Source: a virus. Taken from it: a stretch of 64,000 bases of DNA. How positions within the stretch are numbered: the first letter of the stretch is position 1; each line of letters starts with the position of its first letter. Below are positions 26,784-37,064 of this stretch, piece by piece. The position numbers and the translations under genes are program-made. The notes under the pieces were generated by a model, which had not been told where the DNA came from, made no database searches, and worked only from the letters and a program-made list of their open reading frames with translations. The stretch covers positions 32,001-96,000 of IMG/VR virus record IMGVR_UViG_3300047382_000480. The stretch is one strand, 5' to 3'.

Positions 26784-28037
26784 TTACATAAGGTTTGTAA
26801 CCTTAACAGAACGATAGTACTGGTTACGATCAGCAGTGAACGTATCAGCATCAGTTGTGCCGTTAGCCTGTGTAACAAATGGGTTAGCAACCATGCCGTA
26901 ACGAGTCTTAAAGCCGATTTTTGGCTGGAAGTCTGTTGGGTCAATAGCGCGAACTTGTTGTAAAGGTACATATGGGCAGTAGAAAATACCAGCATCATAT
27001 GCGCTAGTTCCTTTATAACCAACTGTGTAGAACTGAGAAGAAGCACCAGTGTTAGCTGAGTATGGATCGATGTATACTTTATAACGACCATTCAATACAC
27101 CAGCAAAAGTGTTACCAGTATCATCAACGTTCAAGTCAGTGTTTAGTGCTGGAGCGTAATCAAGTACACCAGCCATTGCTAGAGCAGAAGCAACATCAGA
27201 AGAACAGATGATGAAGTTACCTTTACCGCGACGAGTGTCTTGAGCAATCACGTTAGCATCACGTTCGATGTTGAACAATAAGCCTTTGAAACGCTCAACT
27301 GACCAACGACCATTTGAATCAACGTCAAGGTCGAAAGTACCAGCAGTAGCAGTAGAAGCAGAACCAGTCTTAGCAACTTTGTAGATGGTTCGTACAACTT
27401 CGCGGTTGATTTCAGCCAAGATTTCTTGTGAAAGAATGTTTGACAATTCGCTCTCAGCATCAAGACCATGGATTGCTTTAAGATCTTGAGCAAGTTCGAT
27501 TGTGTACTCAGCTTTCAATGCGCGAGTCTTAGCAGTAACAGTAGTTTTCTCGATTGAGAACGCCATTTCTGCAGGGTTCTTACTTTCACCAGTAGCTGTA
27601 GACATACCAGCACCAGTTGTGTAAGTACCATCAACAGGGTTAGAACCAGCGTGAGTAGGTGAAGAGTTACCAGAGAAGTCTGTGTCAGCTTCGTTGAATA
27701 GAGCCTCATCACCAGTTTGGCTAGTGTAGTGTGACTTCATAGCAAAGATTAGCCCAGTAGGACCAGTCATTGGCTGAACACCACATACATCGTATGCCAT
27801 TAAGTTAGGAAGCGCACGACGAACAAGGCTGATCAATACTGGATCGTAGTTATCGACTGATGCGCCAGTTGCGTTAGCTGATTCAGACAACTGAGCTTTC
27901 TCTTCTTTAAGAGCTTTCTCTTGGTTTTCAAGAACAACAGCAGTCACATTTCTGCGGTGTGCGTCCTTAATTTGAGGAAGTTCTGGGTGATCCAATACGG
28001 GACCCCATTTTTCCATTTGTGATTCTGAAAGATACAT
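26784..28037 (-). CDS. gp23: Major capsid protein gp23
   Basis: LENQ, GVQPMTGPTGLIFAM, LKAEYTIELAQDLKAIHGLDAE, FYCPYVPL, PKIGFKTRYG. Confidence 0.99.
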   Translation of the reverse strand: MYLSESQMEKWGPVLDHPELPQIKDAHRRNVTAVVLENQEKALKEEKAQLSESANATGASVDNYDPVLISLVRRALPNLMAYDVCGVQPMTGPTGLIFAMKSHYTSQTGDEALFNEADTDFSGNSSPTHAGSNPVDGTYTTGAGMSTATGESKNPAEMAFSIEKTTVTAKTRALKAEYTIELAQDLKAIHGLDAESELSNILSQEILAEINREVVRTIYKVAKTGSASTATAGTFDLDVDSNGRWSVERFKGLLFNIERDANVIAQDTRRGKGNFIICSSDVASALAMAGVLDYAPALNTDLNVDDTGNTFAGVLNGRYKVYIDPYSANTGASSQFYTVGYKGTSAYDAGIFYCPYVPLQQVRAIDPTDFQPKIGFKTRYGMVANPFVTQANGTTDADTFTADRNQYYRSVKVTNLM

Positions 28038-28082
28038 CTTTCGTCTCCTTGCTTTTTAGTTATTAGTTGTGTTAACTGTTAT

Positions 28083-28090
28083 TATTTATA
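28083..28090 (-). promoter_or_regulatory. Late promoter of gp23
   Basis: Intergenic TATAAATA. Confidence 0.8.
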
Positions 28091-28095
28091 AAAAA

Positions 28096-29277
28096 TTATC
28101 TTTTTACCGATTTAGAAATCGCTTGAGCATAAATGCTGATTGGCGAAGTTGAATCTTCACTGATAACGACTGAATCATCATCAATCAGTTTATCTTCTTC
28201 AATTACAGCTTTTTGTGTTGGGAAATAATTTTCCTTAATCACAGCCAGCTTGTCAGAGTAATCGTTATCAAACTCAACGTCTTCAACGAGTTTCGCAAAC
28301 TTTTCAGCTTCAGTTACAGTCAAGTCAGCAGTCGCTTCTTTGAGTGCAGCATCTTTTGATAGGTCTACATTGGCAGCAGACAAGGCAACTTTTTCGTCAG
28401 TTGATTCGTCCAGCTTGGTTTTAAGTGAATTAATTTCACTCTGCATTTCGCCCAGAACATCATACTTTTCTTCAGGAATGTCGATGTAATGCTCGGCAAA
28501 AACTTCTTTCAAGGAGCCGATGAAGGATTCAGAGATCTCGTTGCGCAGTCCACGCTCAATAGCGAGTTCGTTTTCTTTCATCCAGTTCTCAGCTACATAG
28601 TTCAGATAACCATCAATTTTCTGTACCATACCTTCCACGAATGTTTCTTGTGCAAGTGCAGCTTCTTCGGCTAGTTCAGTTTTAATTTCTTCGATTTCAG
28701 AAGCGACGCGAGCCGTAACAACTGCTTCAAATAAACCTGCAGCCTTAACTTTAAACTCTTCGGATAGATGCTCTTCGTCAGCGAATAAATTGGTCATGTC
28801 GTCTTGGAATAATGTATCTTCTTCGATAACTTCTTCAACTTCTTCAGCAGACTCTTCTAATTCAGCTTCAACATCTTCGTCTGTGATTTCTTCTTCAAGA
28901 ACTTCGTCTTCTGATTCAGCGTCTTCAGCTTTAACATCAGCTTTAGTTCCAGGCATATTAACCTGACCTTCAGTCGATGCAGTTTCAGAAGAACCCTGTG
29001 TTGGTGAGGTTTGATCTCCAGCTTCGGAAGATGCAGCAGATTTACTGCCGTCTTTCTTTGCTTTTGAAGAGGCAGATTTACCTGCATCAGCTTTTAGACC
29101 ATCGGATTCAAGCGAGTCACTTGAAGCAGTTTCTGATGAGCCTTGTGCTGGTGCAGAAGCATCGCCTTGTGATTTGTCTGCAGGTCGTGCAGCAGACTCG
29201 TCTAGTTCATTAACTTCTTCGGTTACCATTTCTGGCTTACCCTTGAGAAGTTCTCTGATTTTGCTTTCTACAGCCAT
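28096..29277 (-). CDS. gp22: Prohead core scaffolding protein gp22
   Basis: LSEEFK.KA..LFEA, YLNYVAENWMKENELAIERG, IKENYF; very acidic. Confidence 0.93.
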   Translation of the reverse strand: MAVESKIRELLKGKPEMVTEEVNELDESAARPADKSQGDASAPAQGSSETASSDSLESDGLKADAGKSASSKAKKDGSKSAASSEAGDQTSPTQGSSETASTEGQVNMPGTKADVKAEDAESEDEVLEEEITDEDVEAELEESAEEVEEVIEEDTLFQDDMTNLFADEEHLSEEFKVKAAGLFEAVVTARVASEIEEIKTELAEEAALAQETFVEGMVQKIDGYLNYVAENWMKENELAIERGLRNEISESFIGSLKEVFAEHYIDIPEEKYDVLGEMQSEINSLKTKLDESTDEKVALSAANVDLSKDAALKEATADLTVTEAEKFAKLVEDVEFDNDYSDKLAVIKENYFPTQKAVIEEDKLIDDDSVVISEDSTSPISIYAQAISKSVKR

Positions 29278-29310
29278 TTTATTCTCCTTGTAGAGTTCGT
29301 TTGCTAGTTT

Positions 29311-29318
29311 TATTTATA
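29311..29318 (-). promoter_or_regulatory. Late promoter of gp22
   Basis: Intergenic TATAAATA. Confidence 0.8.
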
Positions 29319-29323
29319 ATAAA

Positions 29324-29977
29324 TTAAATCTTTGAAACCTTATTTAGGAATGAGCTAAACACCGCCATCTTGGTGGCTTCTAGTTCATGGGAAGAGGCTT
29401 CCTTAATTATTTTCTGAGCCTGTTCCATTTCCCTTGCTTGCCAAATACCATCAACCATAACCCACTCACGGCTTTCCATAATCCCTTGAACAAAGGCATC
29501 TGGAGCGGATGGATCTGATACAATATCGGCAGCAGTTGCAAGCATGAAATCATCTTGGACTTCACTTATACCCGACTTCTCTCGGATAGAACCCAAACCA
29601 CGAGAACTAACACCGAGTTGTGCGCCTGCTTCAATTAAATTTGCAGCAATCTTACCCATTGGAGTATCAAGAACTTTCGCCTTACCGATCCAATTATCTC
29701 CATCTTCTTTCAGAGAGACAATCATATGAGAGACACGATCCAGATTTACTGTTGGACCATCTGGGTGACCAAGTTCTCCCAATGCTCTGTTCTTGTCGAT
29801 TTGTTCTGCTGTATAACGTGCAACTTCTTTTTGCATAACCTCTTTAGGATATACACGACCATTGCGGTTTTTTAAATTGGATTGTAAGAAAACTCCTTCA
29901 ATGAAGAGTTCTCTTTTTCCATCTTTTTCTTCTGAGATGTATTGAACATTCTCGTTAATTTCTTTTATAAGTCTCAT
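29324..29977 (-). CDS. gp21: Prohead protease gp21
   Basis: NRNGRVY, ALGELGHP, GVSSRGLGS, DIVSDPSAPDAFV. Confidence 0.97.
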   Translation of the reverse strand: MRLIKEINENVQYISEEKDGKRELFIEGVFLQSNLKNRNGRVYPKEVMQKEVARYTAEQIDKNRALGELGHPDGPTVNLDRVSHMIVSLKEDGDNWIGKAKVLDTPMGKIAANLIEAGAQLGVSSRGLGSIREKSGISEVQDDFMLATAADIVSDPSAPDAFVQGIMESREWVMVDGIWQAREMEQAQKIIKEASSHELEATKMAVFSSFLNKVSKI

Positions 29978-30369
29978 TAGCCTAGATCTCCTTGGTTCTG
30001 ATGCTGTTGCGAACCATAACCAGAAACCTTAGAAGTTTGCACTATAACTGTCCCTGCACCACCTGTAACCGAGACAACAATATCTGACGCTTGTTCTCTG
30101 ATGTCGGCAAACCCATAAAATTCTAATTTGCCTGACATGTGCATAGTATGTAACAACACGCTATTTCTTGTTACAGTTGCTGTGGCGCCACTCCCTAGTG
30201 TCCAATAAAGTGCACTGATGTTGACCAATGGAGTAGAAACAGTTTCTGATGATTTCTTTAGGTCAGCTGATATATCGATAGTTTGGGCTGCAGGTGTGCT
30301 TCCGTTTTCAGAAACAACAGTGACACCTTGAACCTGTGTTAACTTTAAATTTGCTTTGGTGGACGCCAT
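29977..30369 (-). CDS. Hypothetical virion-associated protein
   Basis: 130 aa beta-rich ORF in the head module, coupled to gp21. Confidence 0.7.
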   Translation of the reverse strand: MASTKANLKLTQVQGVTVVSENGSTPAAQTIDISADLKKSSETVSTPLVNISALYWTLGSGATATVTRNSVLLHTMHMSGKLEFYGFADIREQASDIVVSVTGGAGTVIVQTSKVSGYGSQQHQNQGDLG

Positions 30370-30375
30370 TTTTTA

Positions 30376-30744
30376 TTATTCTCCTACAGGTTCAAGTTCC
30401 CAAACAGGAACACGTTTTAAAGATTCTTTAAACATAACCTCAGCAACCGCATCAACCCCTTCCCCATAAGTAGCAAGAACTGTTCCTTCGCCTTCTTTAT
30501 GGTGCATTATTGTAGCGTTTGGAGCCATATAAAACTTTTCTGTATTTGAGCTTCCTTGAGTTGGAGGAGTTTTATCCCCTTCTTCCCCTTTATCTGCTGC
30601 ACCATGATTAGCTGTAGGTTCTTCAGCTTCTGGTTTGTTGACACATTCTTCTTCCTCGGTAATCATTTCTTCCGAAACGATTTCTTCCCCTGTGAGGATT
30701 TTAAAGACTGTGTCTACTAGGTCTTGTGGTATACTTGGTTTCAT
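30376..30744 (-). CDS. Acidic hypothetical protein (possible prohead core component)
   Basis: Lies between portal and protease; shares a GDxTxPTQGSS motif with gp22. Confidence 0.65.
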   Translation of the reverse strand: MKPSIPQDLVDTVFKILTGEEIVSEEMITEEEECVNKPEAEEPTANHGAADKGEEGDKTPPTQGSSNTEKFYMAPNATIMHHKEGEGTVLATYGEGVDAVAEVMFKESLKRVPVWELEPVGE

Positions 30745-30748
30745 TTTC

Positions 30749-31027
30749 TTATTCCGTTTCTGGTTCTGCCTCGGCAGTAGTTTCTGGAACTGCGACTTCT
30801 CCCGCAGTCGGTTCTGGTAAATCTATTTCTTCGACCGATTGATTAAACATACCAGAAGCAACTTCAGCCTTTCTATCAGCTACCATTGAATCGGCACGAT
30901 CATTCATCATGCTATTAAAAGTATCCTGAGCATCTGTCAGTTTACCATCTTTCCACTGATCCATCATTTTACGGACAGCATCAGCACGTTCATTTTCTAC
31001 ATTGCGTTCTGCAGTTTCTTCACTCAT
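30749..31027 (-). CDS. Small acidic prohead core protein (gp67-like position)
   Basis: Immediately after gp20; A...F...M..R......RK.EVA..MF pattern. Confidence 0.6.
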   Translation of the reverse strand: MSEETAERNVENERADAVRKMMDQWKDGKLTDAQDTFNSMMNDRADSMVADRKAEVASGMFNQSVEEIDLPEPTAGEVAVPETTAEAEPETE

Positions 31028-31029
31028 AA

Positions 31030-32547
31030 TTACTCACCTTCTTGGTCTTGATATTGTTGCGGTTCGGCTTGAAGTGCCTCCCCCTCTATTTGTTTATTGA
31101 TGACATTTATTTCATCATCTCGCATCTTAAGAATTTCTTTTTGCACATATTCTTTAGAGAAGTATTCGCCTACATAATTTGAAAGACCATTTAAAACTTC
31201 TACTCGGCTTCGTAGGATTTCTTGTTCTTTTGACTCAGTATAATATGCGTCAGAAGAATAAACATACCTTATGCCGTCTCTTAGTTCTGGCCATTCGGCT
31301 TCGGTTATAACACCCTTTAGAATAAGTTGCGTTTTCAGCAAATCGTCAAATAATGCTGAAAAACGTCTACGAAGTTTAGCGATAAACTTGGTAAACTTTA
31401 ATTCGTCTCGGCTGATTTCGGCACTACGACCAAAATTTAACCCTTGTTGGGCACCTTCTAATCTAGAGATCGGGACATTCAACGCTTGATATAATTTGCG
31501 TTGGAAATAGTCTACGTCACCAGTTTCTCCAAGGTTTTGACCTCCAGGAAGTGTTTGAATCTCTGTACCTCGACCGCCTTCGCGTCTTGGCATCCAGAAG
31601 TCTTCAAGCATAGACATAAACTTCTTGTCGTCTCTAATCTCTCCCGATTCGCCATCATAAACCAATTTGTTTCGATAGCGGTTCATTATATCTTTTAGAT
31701 ACTGTTCTGCCTTCATTGTTGGGAGATTACCAGTATCAACATAAAACACTCTGCGTTCTGGAGCACGAGTAATACGATATACAACAACAGCATTCTCCAT
31801 CATTCTCAGCTGATTCGCTGGTCTGATTGCTTTGTGTAAATATGACAAAGGTATATTTTTATCTTGATCTAACAAACCTGAAGGAATATATGTAATTGCA
31901 TCCTTCGATATTTTTAGGGATTTATCGTTAGCGTTCCCTGCTTTATACATTCCAGGTTTGTTCGCTATTCCCTTGTCATCGTAAATGAAATACTCATTTA
32001 TCTCTTTGACCATACTTACGCCAGTCTTGGCGTCTTTCTGTTTCTTGACGTCACGAACCTTTTTTATCTTTCGTGGGTCGATATATCTTACGTCATGAAG
32101 ACCTTTCCTGGGATTAGATTTATCCACAACTTTGTGGAAATAAATTCTTCCGTCGATATACCATCTTCGATAATAGTCTTGCGCCCTATTGTTAAAGTCA
32201 AGCATTGACAATAGACTTGCATATTCGTCAGCAATAGCTTTTTTAACAGTGGCTGATGCTTTAACGTCATCAGTGTTAACTGTTACTGGTTTTTCATCGT
32301 CAAGGTTAGAGATACTATCGTTGACAACATCTTCAATTGCAGCATCAACATCAGCATACATTGATATGTCTCGGTATCTCTTAATGAGTTGCTCTTCAGT
32401 ATTTGCAACTCCCTCAACATCAAAATAAGTGCCATAATAACCACCACCACGGATGGCTTCTAATGCACCATCAGAATCAGGAGCAACGAAAGACTCTGCA
32501 GTCTTCGGCTCCTTTTTCCGATTAATTTCAAATCCAAACAATTCCAT
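31030..32547 (-). CDS. gp20: Portal vertex protein gp20
   Basis: RRWYIDGR, YRITRAPERRVFYVDTGNLP..KAEQY, MLEDFWMPRREGGRGTEI.TLPGG. Confidence 0.98.
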   Translation of the reverse strand: MELFGFEINRKKEPKTAESFVAPDSDGALEAIRGGGYYGTYFDVEGVANTEEQLIKRYRDISMYADVDAAIEDVVNDSISNLDDEKPVTVNTDDVKASATVKKAIADEYASLLSMLDFNNRAQDYYRRWYIDGRIYFHKVVDKSNPRKGLHDVRYIDPRKIKKVRDVKKQKDAKTGVSMVKEINEYFIYDDKGIANKPGMYKAGNANDKSLKISKDAITYIPSGLLDQDKNIPLSYLHKAIRPANQLRMMENAVVVYRITRAPERRVFYVDTGNLPTMKAEQYLKDIMNRYRNKLVYDGESGEIRDDKKFMSMLEDFWMPRREGGRGTEIQTLPGGQNLGETGDVDYFQRKLYQALNVPISRLEGAQQGLNFGRSAEISRDELKFTKFIAKLRRRFSALFDDLLKTQLILKGVITEAEWPELRDGIRYVYSSDAYYTESKEQEILRSRVEVLNGLSNYVGEYFSKEYVQKEILKMRDDEINVINKQIEGEALQAEPQQYQDQEGE

Positions 32548-32581
32548 TATTATAAGTCCCCTATACTAGATGTATTACTAT

Positions 32582-33097
32582 TTAGGCTACATCGTAATGT
32601 GTATATTGGAAGGTCACAGTAAATTCTTCAAAGATATCGTTTTGAGCATACTGCAAAGTGATTTCCGACATATTAATTGGGAAGGCATTCTTAAGAGTAT
32701 ACTTTCCTCCAGGCAACACTTCATCGTTTCTATCCAAATGCTCAACGACAATGTCTGCTTGATATTCACTTGGAGTAAGAACACCAGTATTACTTTCTCT
32801 ATCGTTTAAACCATTCATCCATTGCTCGAAAGGTTGGCGCAGTGAGAAACCAGAGTCGTTTACGATTGTTACAGTAAACGGATCAAAGATTCTTTCACCT
32901 GCCAATTTAACCTCACGACCTCTATACTGGATGATTGCAGGGTTTACATTAGAGGCAGGAAGTGCTGCCCCTGTTACCAAAAGACTATAGCTTGTGTCAA
33001 CATTTGGCACATAGCTTGGGAAGGCGAGGCTCACTCTAAACTGGTTAGGGCGAGCACCACCAGCACCTAATCTAGCCTTAAATTCTTCAATATTCAT
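32582..33097 (-). CDS. gp19: Tail tube protein gp19
   Basis: GGARPNQF.V, LPAS, RGR.VKLAGER, FP.N.SEI.L, EEFTVTFQY. Confidence 0.95.
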   Translation of the reverse strand: MNIEEFKARLGAGGARPNQFRVSLAFPSYVPNVDTSYSLLVTGAALPASNVNPAIIQYRGREVKLAGERIFDPFTVTIVNDSGFSLRQPFEQWMNGLNDRESNTGVLTPSEYQADIVVEHLDRNDEVLPGGKYTLKNAFPINMSEITLQYAQNDIFEEFTVTFQYTHYDVA

Positions 33098-33119
33098 TTT
33101 TATCTCCTATAATCCTAGA

Positions 33120-35360
33120 TTAAGCACCCAACTCTTCAAACGAAATACCAGTTCTGGTAGCAACGAATGTAAGAGTGATGAAGTTAATTGATTTCGCTGG
33201 CTTGATGAAGATGTCAGCACGGAATTCGTTAGCATCAATAACCTGACCAGTGTTGTTTGTTTCATCACAAACTACACGGAAGTCATATACGCCTCGACGA
33301 CCTTGTACGTCACGCAAGAATGGTTCTACCAAACTTCTAAACTGGGCTCTTGTAAAGGCATCGTTGAATTCGAATAGCTGGAACTTTGCAGCTGCAGCAA
33401 CCGCTTTCTCAATAACGATAAACAATCTACGAACATTGATGCGATTAAACGCACTTGTTTTGGCTAGAAGTGTCTTATCACCAAATAAGATAATACCTTG
33501 TTGGGCATTTTGAACGATTGGGTTGACACCAGCAGAGTATAGCGCATCACGATCAGCTTTAGTAGGATTGAACGCCAATTTAACAGCATTCTTAATCGAA
33601 CCTCGATTCACCCCAGCTGGAGAGAACCATGGATCAGCTTCAAGGTCTGCTGTCACACAACAACCTGCTGTATCTCCATTTACTGGAACCCACGCATAAA
33701 TGTCATTGTAGCGATCGTACATATATTTCCAACCACTATCCATCACAGCATAGGAAGATCTTGTGTAACTTGCCAACTCAGCTTTGATATCAGTTACTTC
33801 AGAACCAGAGTTATTAACAACGCTTGCTCTTGCAGGAGATACAAATGTTAAGCAATCTTTTCTGATCTCAGATACATTATCGATGATGTAATCACCGACA
33901 GTTGCACTATGACCACCAGCAATGATTAGGCTTACGTCAGTTTCTTCATCGTTAGCAAACTTAGCGTATGAGGTTTGTAAATCACCATCAGTTGGTGCTG
34001 CATCTACGCCACCATTAAACGACCAAGCATTTGTATCAGAAGATCCTAAAAGTTTTGGATAAGGTTGTGAGAAACTACCACTTATATCAGTGTTGGCTTG
34101 GGTAGTTGCTAGGTCTTGCCCCCAACTTGTACCAATAAACACAGAATTTGTAGGGACTTGATCAGTGAATCTAATCCAATTAGATCTTGCATTTATTGCA
34201 TCTTTATAGTAATTTGCAGAGTTATCGTCGGATTTTGCGCCTTGTACTTTTGAAAGACCCTCGTATTTCTCGAGAACTGTACCAGCAGTACCAGTAATTT
34301 CACCACCTTCGTCGATCACGATAACGTGCAATTCATCAAAGTTAATTCCGTTTGAGTCAGCCCAGTCAGAAGTTCCTGGAACATTATCAAATTGACCAGC
34401 ATATATCCACTCTGTAGTCAAAGTAGCAGTTGCCTGAGCACCACTCCCACCACCACCACTAAATGTGATTGCAGGGGCAGAAGTATAGCCAAATCCTGGA
34501 TAGATTAAAACTACAGATTCAACAGCACCAGAGTTTAATGTCGCGTATGCATTAGCAGTACCGCCTGTTCTCGGGGAAGCTGCAAACGATACTGTAGGCG
34601 CAGAAGTGTATCCCGACCCACCAGCATCAATAGTGATAGTTTGGCTGACAGCATTAGCAGTGAAGTTACCTAAATCAGCGACTGAGACCTTTAAAGAGTC
34701 GCCAAGTTTTCCTGGGAATTTTGCAGCGAATGGTCCGACACCATTAGATTCTCCTGCATAGGTTGCATCATAATCATCGTCGTTTCTGATTAACTTACCC
34801 TGATTTGCTGAATCTAAGACAACACTAGCGGAAGCACCAGAACCGCCACCGCCTGTGAAGGTTACATTGGGAGCAACAGTATAGCCGAAACCTTGATTGG
34901 TTATAGTAATTCCTGTCACCGCACCACCGACAATTGTTGCAGTAGCGGTAGCAGTAATACCGCCATTTGCTGGGGATACACCAGTTGGGGCTGCAATAGT
35001 TACTGTTGGTGCCGAAGTATAACCCGAACCTCCAGCAGTTATAGTTATACCAGCTGTTGAGACCTGTTTGCTCGTTACCGAAACAGCGTTCCTCGCAGTT
35101 GAACCAACTTCTCTTGATACTAGTAAGTTTGAACCATATGCTAAGAAAGATGAAGCAGTTAGGAAGTCTACGTTATTTGTTCTTCTTGGTTTACCAAATC
35201 GTGCAACAAGATTGTTTTCCCCTGAAACAGAAACCAGTTCACGTGCAGGACCCCAAGCGAAATCGCCTACAAACCCCCCGACTGTGGTTCCAACTGCAGG
35301 AACGACAGCTGTCGCGTCTTGTTCTCTTACGAGAACTCCTGGACTTAATTGAAATGCCAT
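33120..35360 (-). CDS. gp18: Tail sheath protein gp18
   Basis: LSPGV..RE.D, F.WGP, PWFSPAG.NRG, LFGDKT, RINVRRLF, KPAKSINFITL.F. Confidence 0.98.
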   Translation of the reverse strand: MAFQLSPGVLVREQDATAVVPAVGTTVGGFVGDFAWGPARELVSVSGENNLVARFGKPRRTNNVDFLTASSFLAYGSNLLVSREVGSTARNAVSVTSKQVSTAGITITAGGSGYTSAPTVTIAAPTGVSPANGGITATATATIVGGAVTGITITNQGFGYTVAPNVTFTGGGGSGASASVVLDSANQGKLIRNDDDYDATYAGESNGVGPFAAKFPGKLGDSLKVSVADLGNFTANAVSQTITIDAGGSGYTSAPTVSFAASPRTGGTANAYATLNSGAVESVVLIYPGFGYTSAPAITFSGGGGSGAQATATLTTEWIYAGQFDNVPGTSDWADSNGINFDELHVIVIDEGGEITGTAGTVLEKYEGLSKVQGAKSDDNSANYYKDAINARSNWIRFTDQVPTNSVFIGTSWGQDLATTQANTDISGSFSQPYPKLLGSSDTNAWSFNGGVDAAPTDGDLQTSYAKFANDEETDVSLIIAGGHSATVGDYIIDNVSEIRKDCLTFVSPARASVVNNSGSEVTDIKAELASYTRSSYAVMDSGWKYMYDRYNDIYAWVPVNGDTAGCCVTADLEADPWFSPAGVNRGSIKNAVKLAFNPTKADRDALYSAGVNPIVQNAQQGIILFGDKTLLAKTSAFNRINVRRLFIVIEKAVAAAAKFQLFEFNDAFTRAQFRSLVEPFLRDVQGRRGVYDFRVVCDETNNTGQVIDANEFRADIFIKPAKSINFITLTFVATRTGISFEELGA

Positions 35361-35423
35361 TTTTTATCTCCTCGATATTATGGATAATCGTTATTATTAA
35401 TGCTCAATTGCGTTTACTGAAAT

Positions 35424-35431
35424 TATTTATA
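35424..35431 (-). promoter_or_regulatory. Late promoter of gp18
   Basis: TATAAATA overlapping the gp17 stop. Confidence 0.75.
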
Positions 35432-37064
35432 ATAATGACGTTTTCTCTCTATCTGCAGTATACCAGATATCTCCACCCATAACTTCTACTTCTTCTTCAG
35501 AACCATCAACAATTTGACCGAATGGCGTTAAATCGTTCTCAATCATTCTCATTTCAGCGTTAAATAAACCTTCTCTAACATTAACATTTGTTAAATCTGA
35601 GAAAAATGTATTGGTTGTTATCCACCCAAACAGAACCAACGTCATTGCAAGGTCGTCATTATACCCCTCGTCAGCTTGGAATGTCTGTCCCTTTTCTGTA
35701 AATACAGACAATTCTCCTATGATATCGGCATCGTGGATCAACAATTTTGTATCTTCAACAAGGGATTTTATAGCAAAACACCCTTGCCTTTTGACTGCCT
35801 TTGAGGTTGTTACACCCAATTTAGCAGACCTTCCGAATCCAGGAGTCAAATACTGCTTTCCATTCTCGGTTAAAGTCGTGAATATGTTATCATATTCTTC
35901 TTCCTGATGTAATATATCTAATACTTGTTGCCCAATGTCATTCGCTTCAACTAAAACATATGCATTATTAAAGTCTTTTCCGACCTTAGATATGACACTC
36001 GGGTACAACATTGGAGATATTTTATTATGTCTGTATTTTCCCACCAATCTGTATGGCATTTCAGTGACATCTATTAAGGTAAATGCCGAATAATCTCCAC
36101 CGATACCTCTTGCAACATCTACTGCCATCATATAATAATGATTTGGGATTGGTTCTTCGTACAGATCTAACCCATCTTTACTGTATTCTGGATTTTTTGC
36201 AGACATTACCGAAAGTGTTTTGCCGTTAATTAGTGTATTTGTAGAACCTAAAAACTCACACAACACTTCCTGATTGAATTTTAACTCTCCGAGAAGTTTC
36301 AGTTGCTCGTCTGCCCACGACTCATCTCTTCCAGGGATTTCGCTGTATGGGATGAACATACGTTGAAATCCATTTTTACCTTCTTCGGCTTCGTTCCAAA
36401 ACTTCCAGAAATGGTTATAACCTAGAGGTGTAGAAGTAAGAAGAATCTTTGTAGTTTCACCAGCAGAAATGGTAGGATAAACAGCAGTAAAAAACTCTTC
36501 AGCAATATTATTCGGTATGATTGCTGCCTCGTCAATATACAACCAGTTTACAGATTTACCCCGAATACCAGAAGAAGTTGTAGCTGAGGTGAATACAACA
36601 GAGCCATTTTCTAAATCTACGTTACCTTTGTTCCAAGTTTTTACACCTTGTTGCATCCAGATAGGAAGACCTTCGTACATAATTTGGTAACGAGATAAAA
36701 CTTCTCTTGCAGCAGCAGTTTTGTTTGCAAGAATAGCAACAGTTTTATTTTCTTGAAATATTGTATAATGAAGGATACATGCTGCAGCAGTAACAGTCTT
36801 TCCTTGCTGACGACCTTCCATCAGGATAGTTTGTCGATTGTTCATAATAAAATCGACTTTTTTCTTTTGGCAGTCGTAAAGTTTGAATGGTTGTAATCCC
36901 TTATCAAGAGTTACAATTTGGCAATAATTTTCTATGAAGTAAATAGGATCATCTTTACATTTCAGCAGTTCTTTTATCTGCTCTTTAGTAAAGTCGTGTT
37001 GATGACCAATAGATTTTAAATTTGGATTTCCGTGATAGGAAGTTTCTTCAGTCGGTATCGCCAT
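35427..37064 (-). CDS. gp17: Terminase large subunit gp17
   Basis: GRQQGKT, YIDEAA, STPLG.NHF, FNQE..CEF.GS, DVARG.GGDYS, DDL.M. Confidence 0.98.
   Translation of the reverse strand: MAIPTEETSYHGNPNLKSIGHQHDFTKEQIKELLKCKDDPIYFIENYCQIVTLDKGLQPFKLYDCQKKKVDFIMNNRQTILMEGRQQGKTVTAAACILHYTIFQENKTVAILANKTAAAREVLSRYQIMYEGLPIWMQQGVKTWNKGNVDLENGSVVFTSATTSSGIRGKSVNWLYIDEAAIIPNNIAEEFFTAVYPTISAGETTKILLTSTPLGYNHFWKFWNEAEEGKNGFQRMFIPYSEIPGRDESWADEQLKLLGELKFNQEVLCEFLGSTNTLINGKTLSVMSAKNPEYSKDGLDLYEEPIPNHYYMMAVDVARGIGGDYSAFTLIDVTEMPYRLVGKYRHNKISPMLYPSVISKVGKDFNNAYVLVEANDIGQQVLDILHQEEEYDNIFTTLTENGKQYLTPGFGRSAKLGVTTSKAVKRQGCFAIKSLVEDTKLLIHDADIIGELSVFTEKGQTFQADEGYNDDLAMTLVLFGWITTNTFFSDLTNVNVREGLFNAEMRMIENDLTPFGQIVDGSEEEVEVMGGDIWYTADREKTSLL

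Noticed and set aside
26717-27091. Alternative-frame ORFs overlapping gp23
   Set aside because: They are by-products of strong codon bias in a highly expressed gene, and one runs through the terminator.
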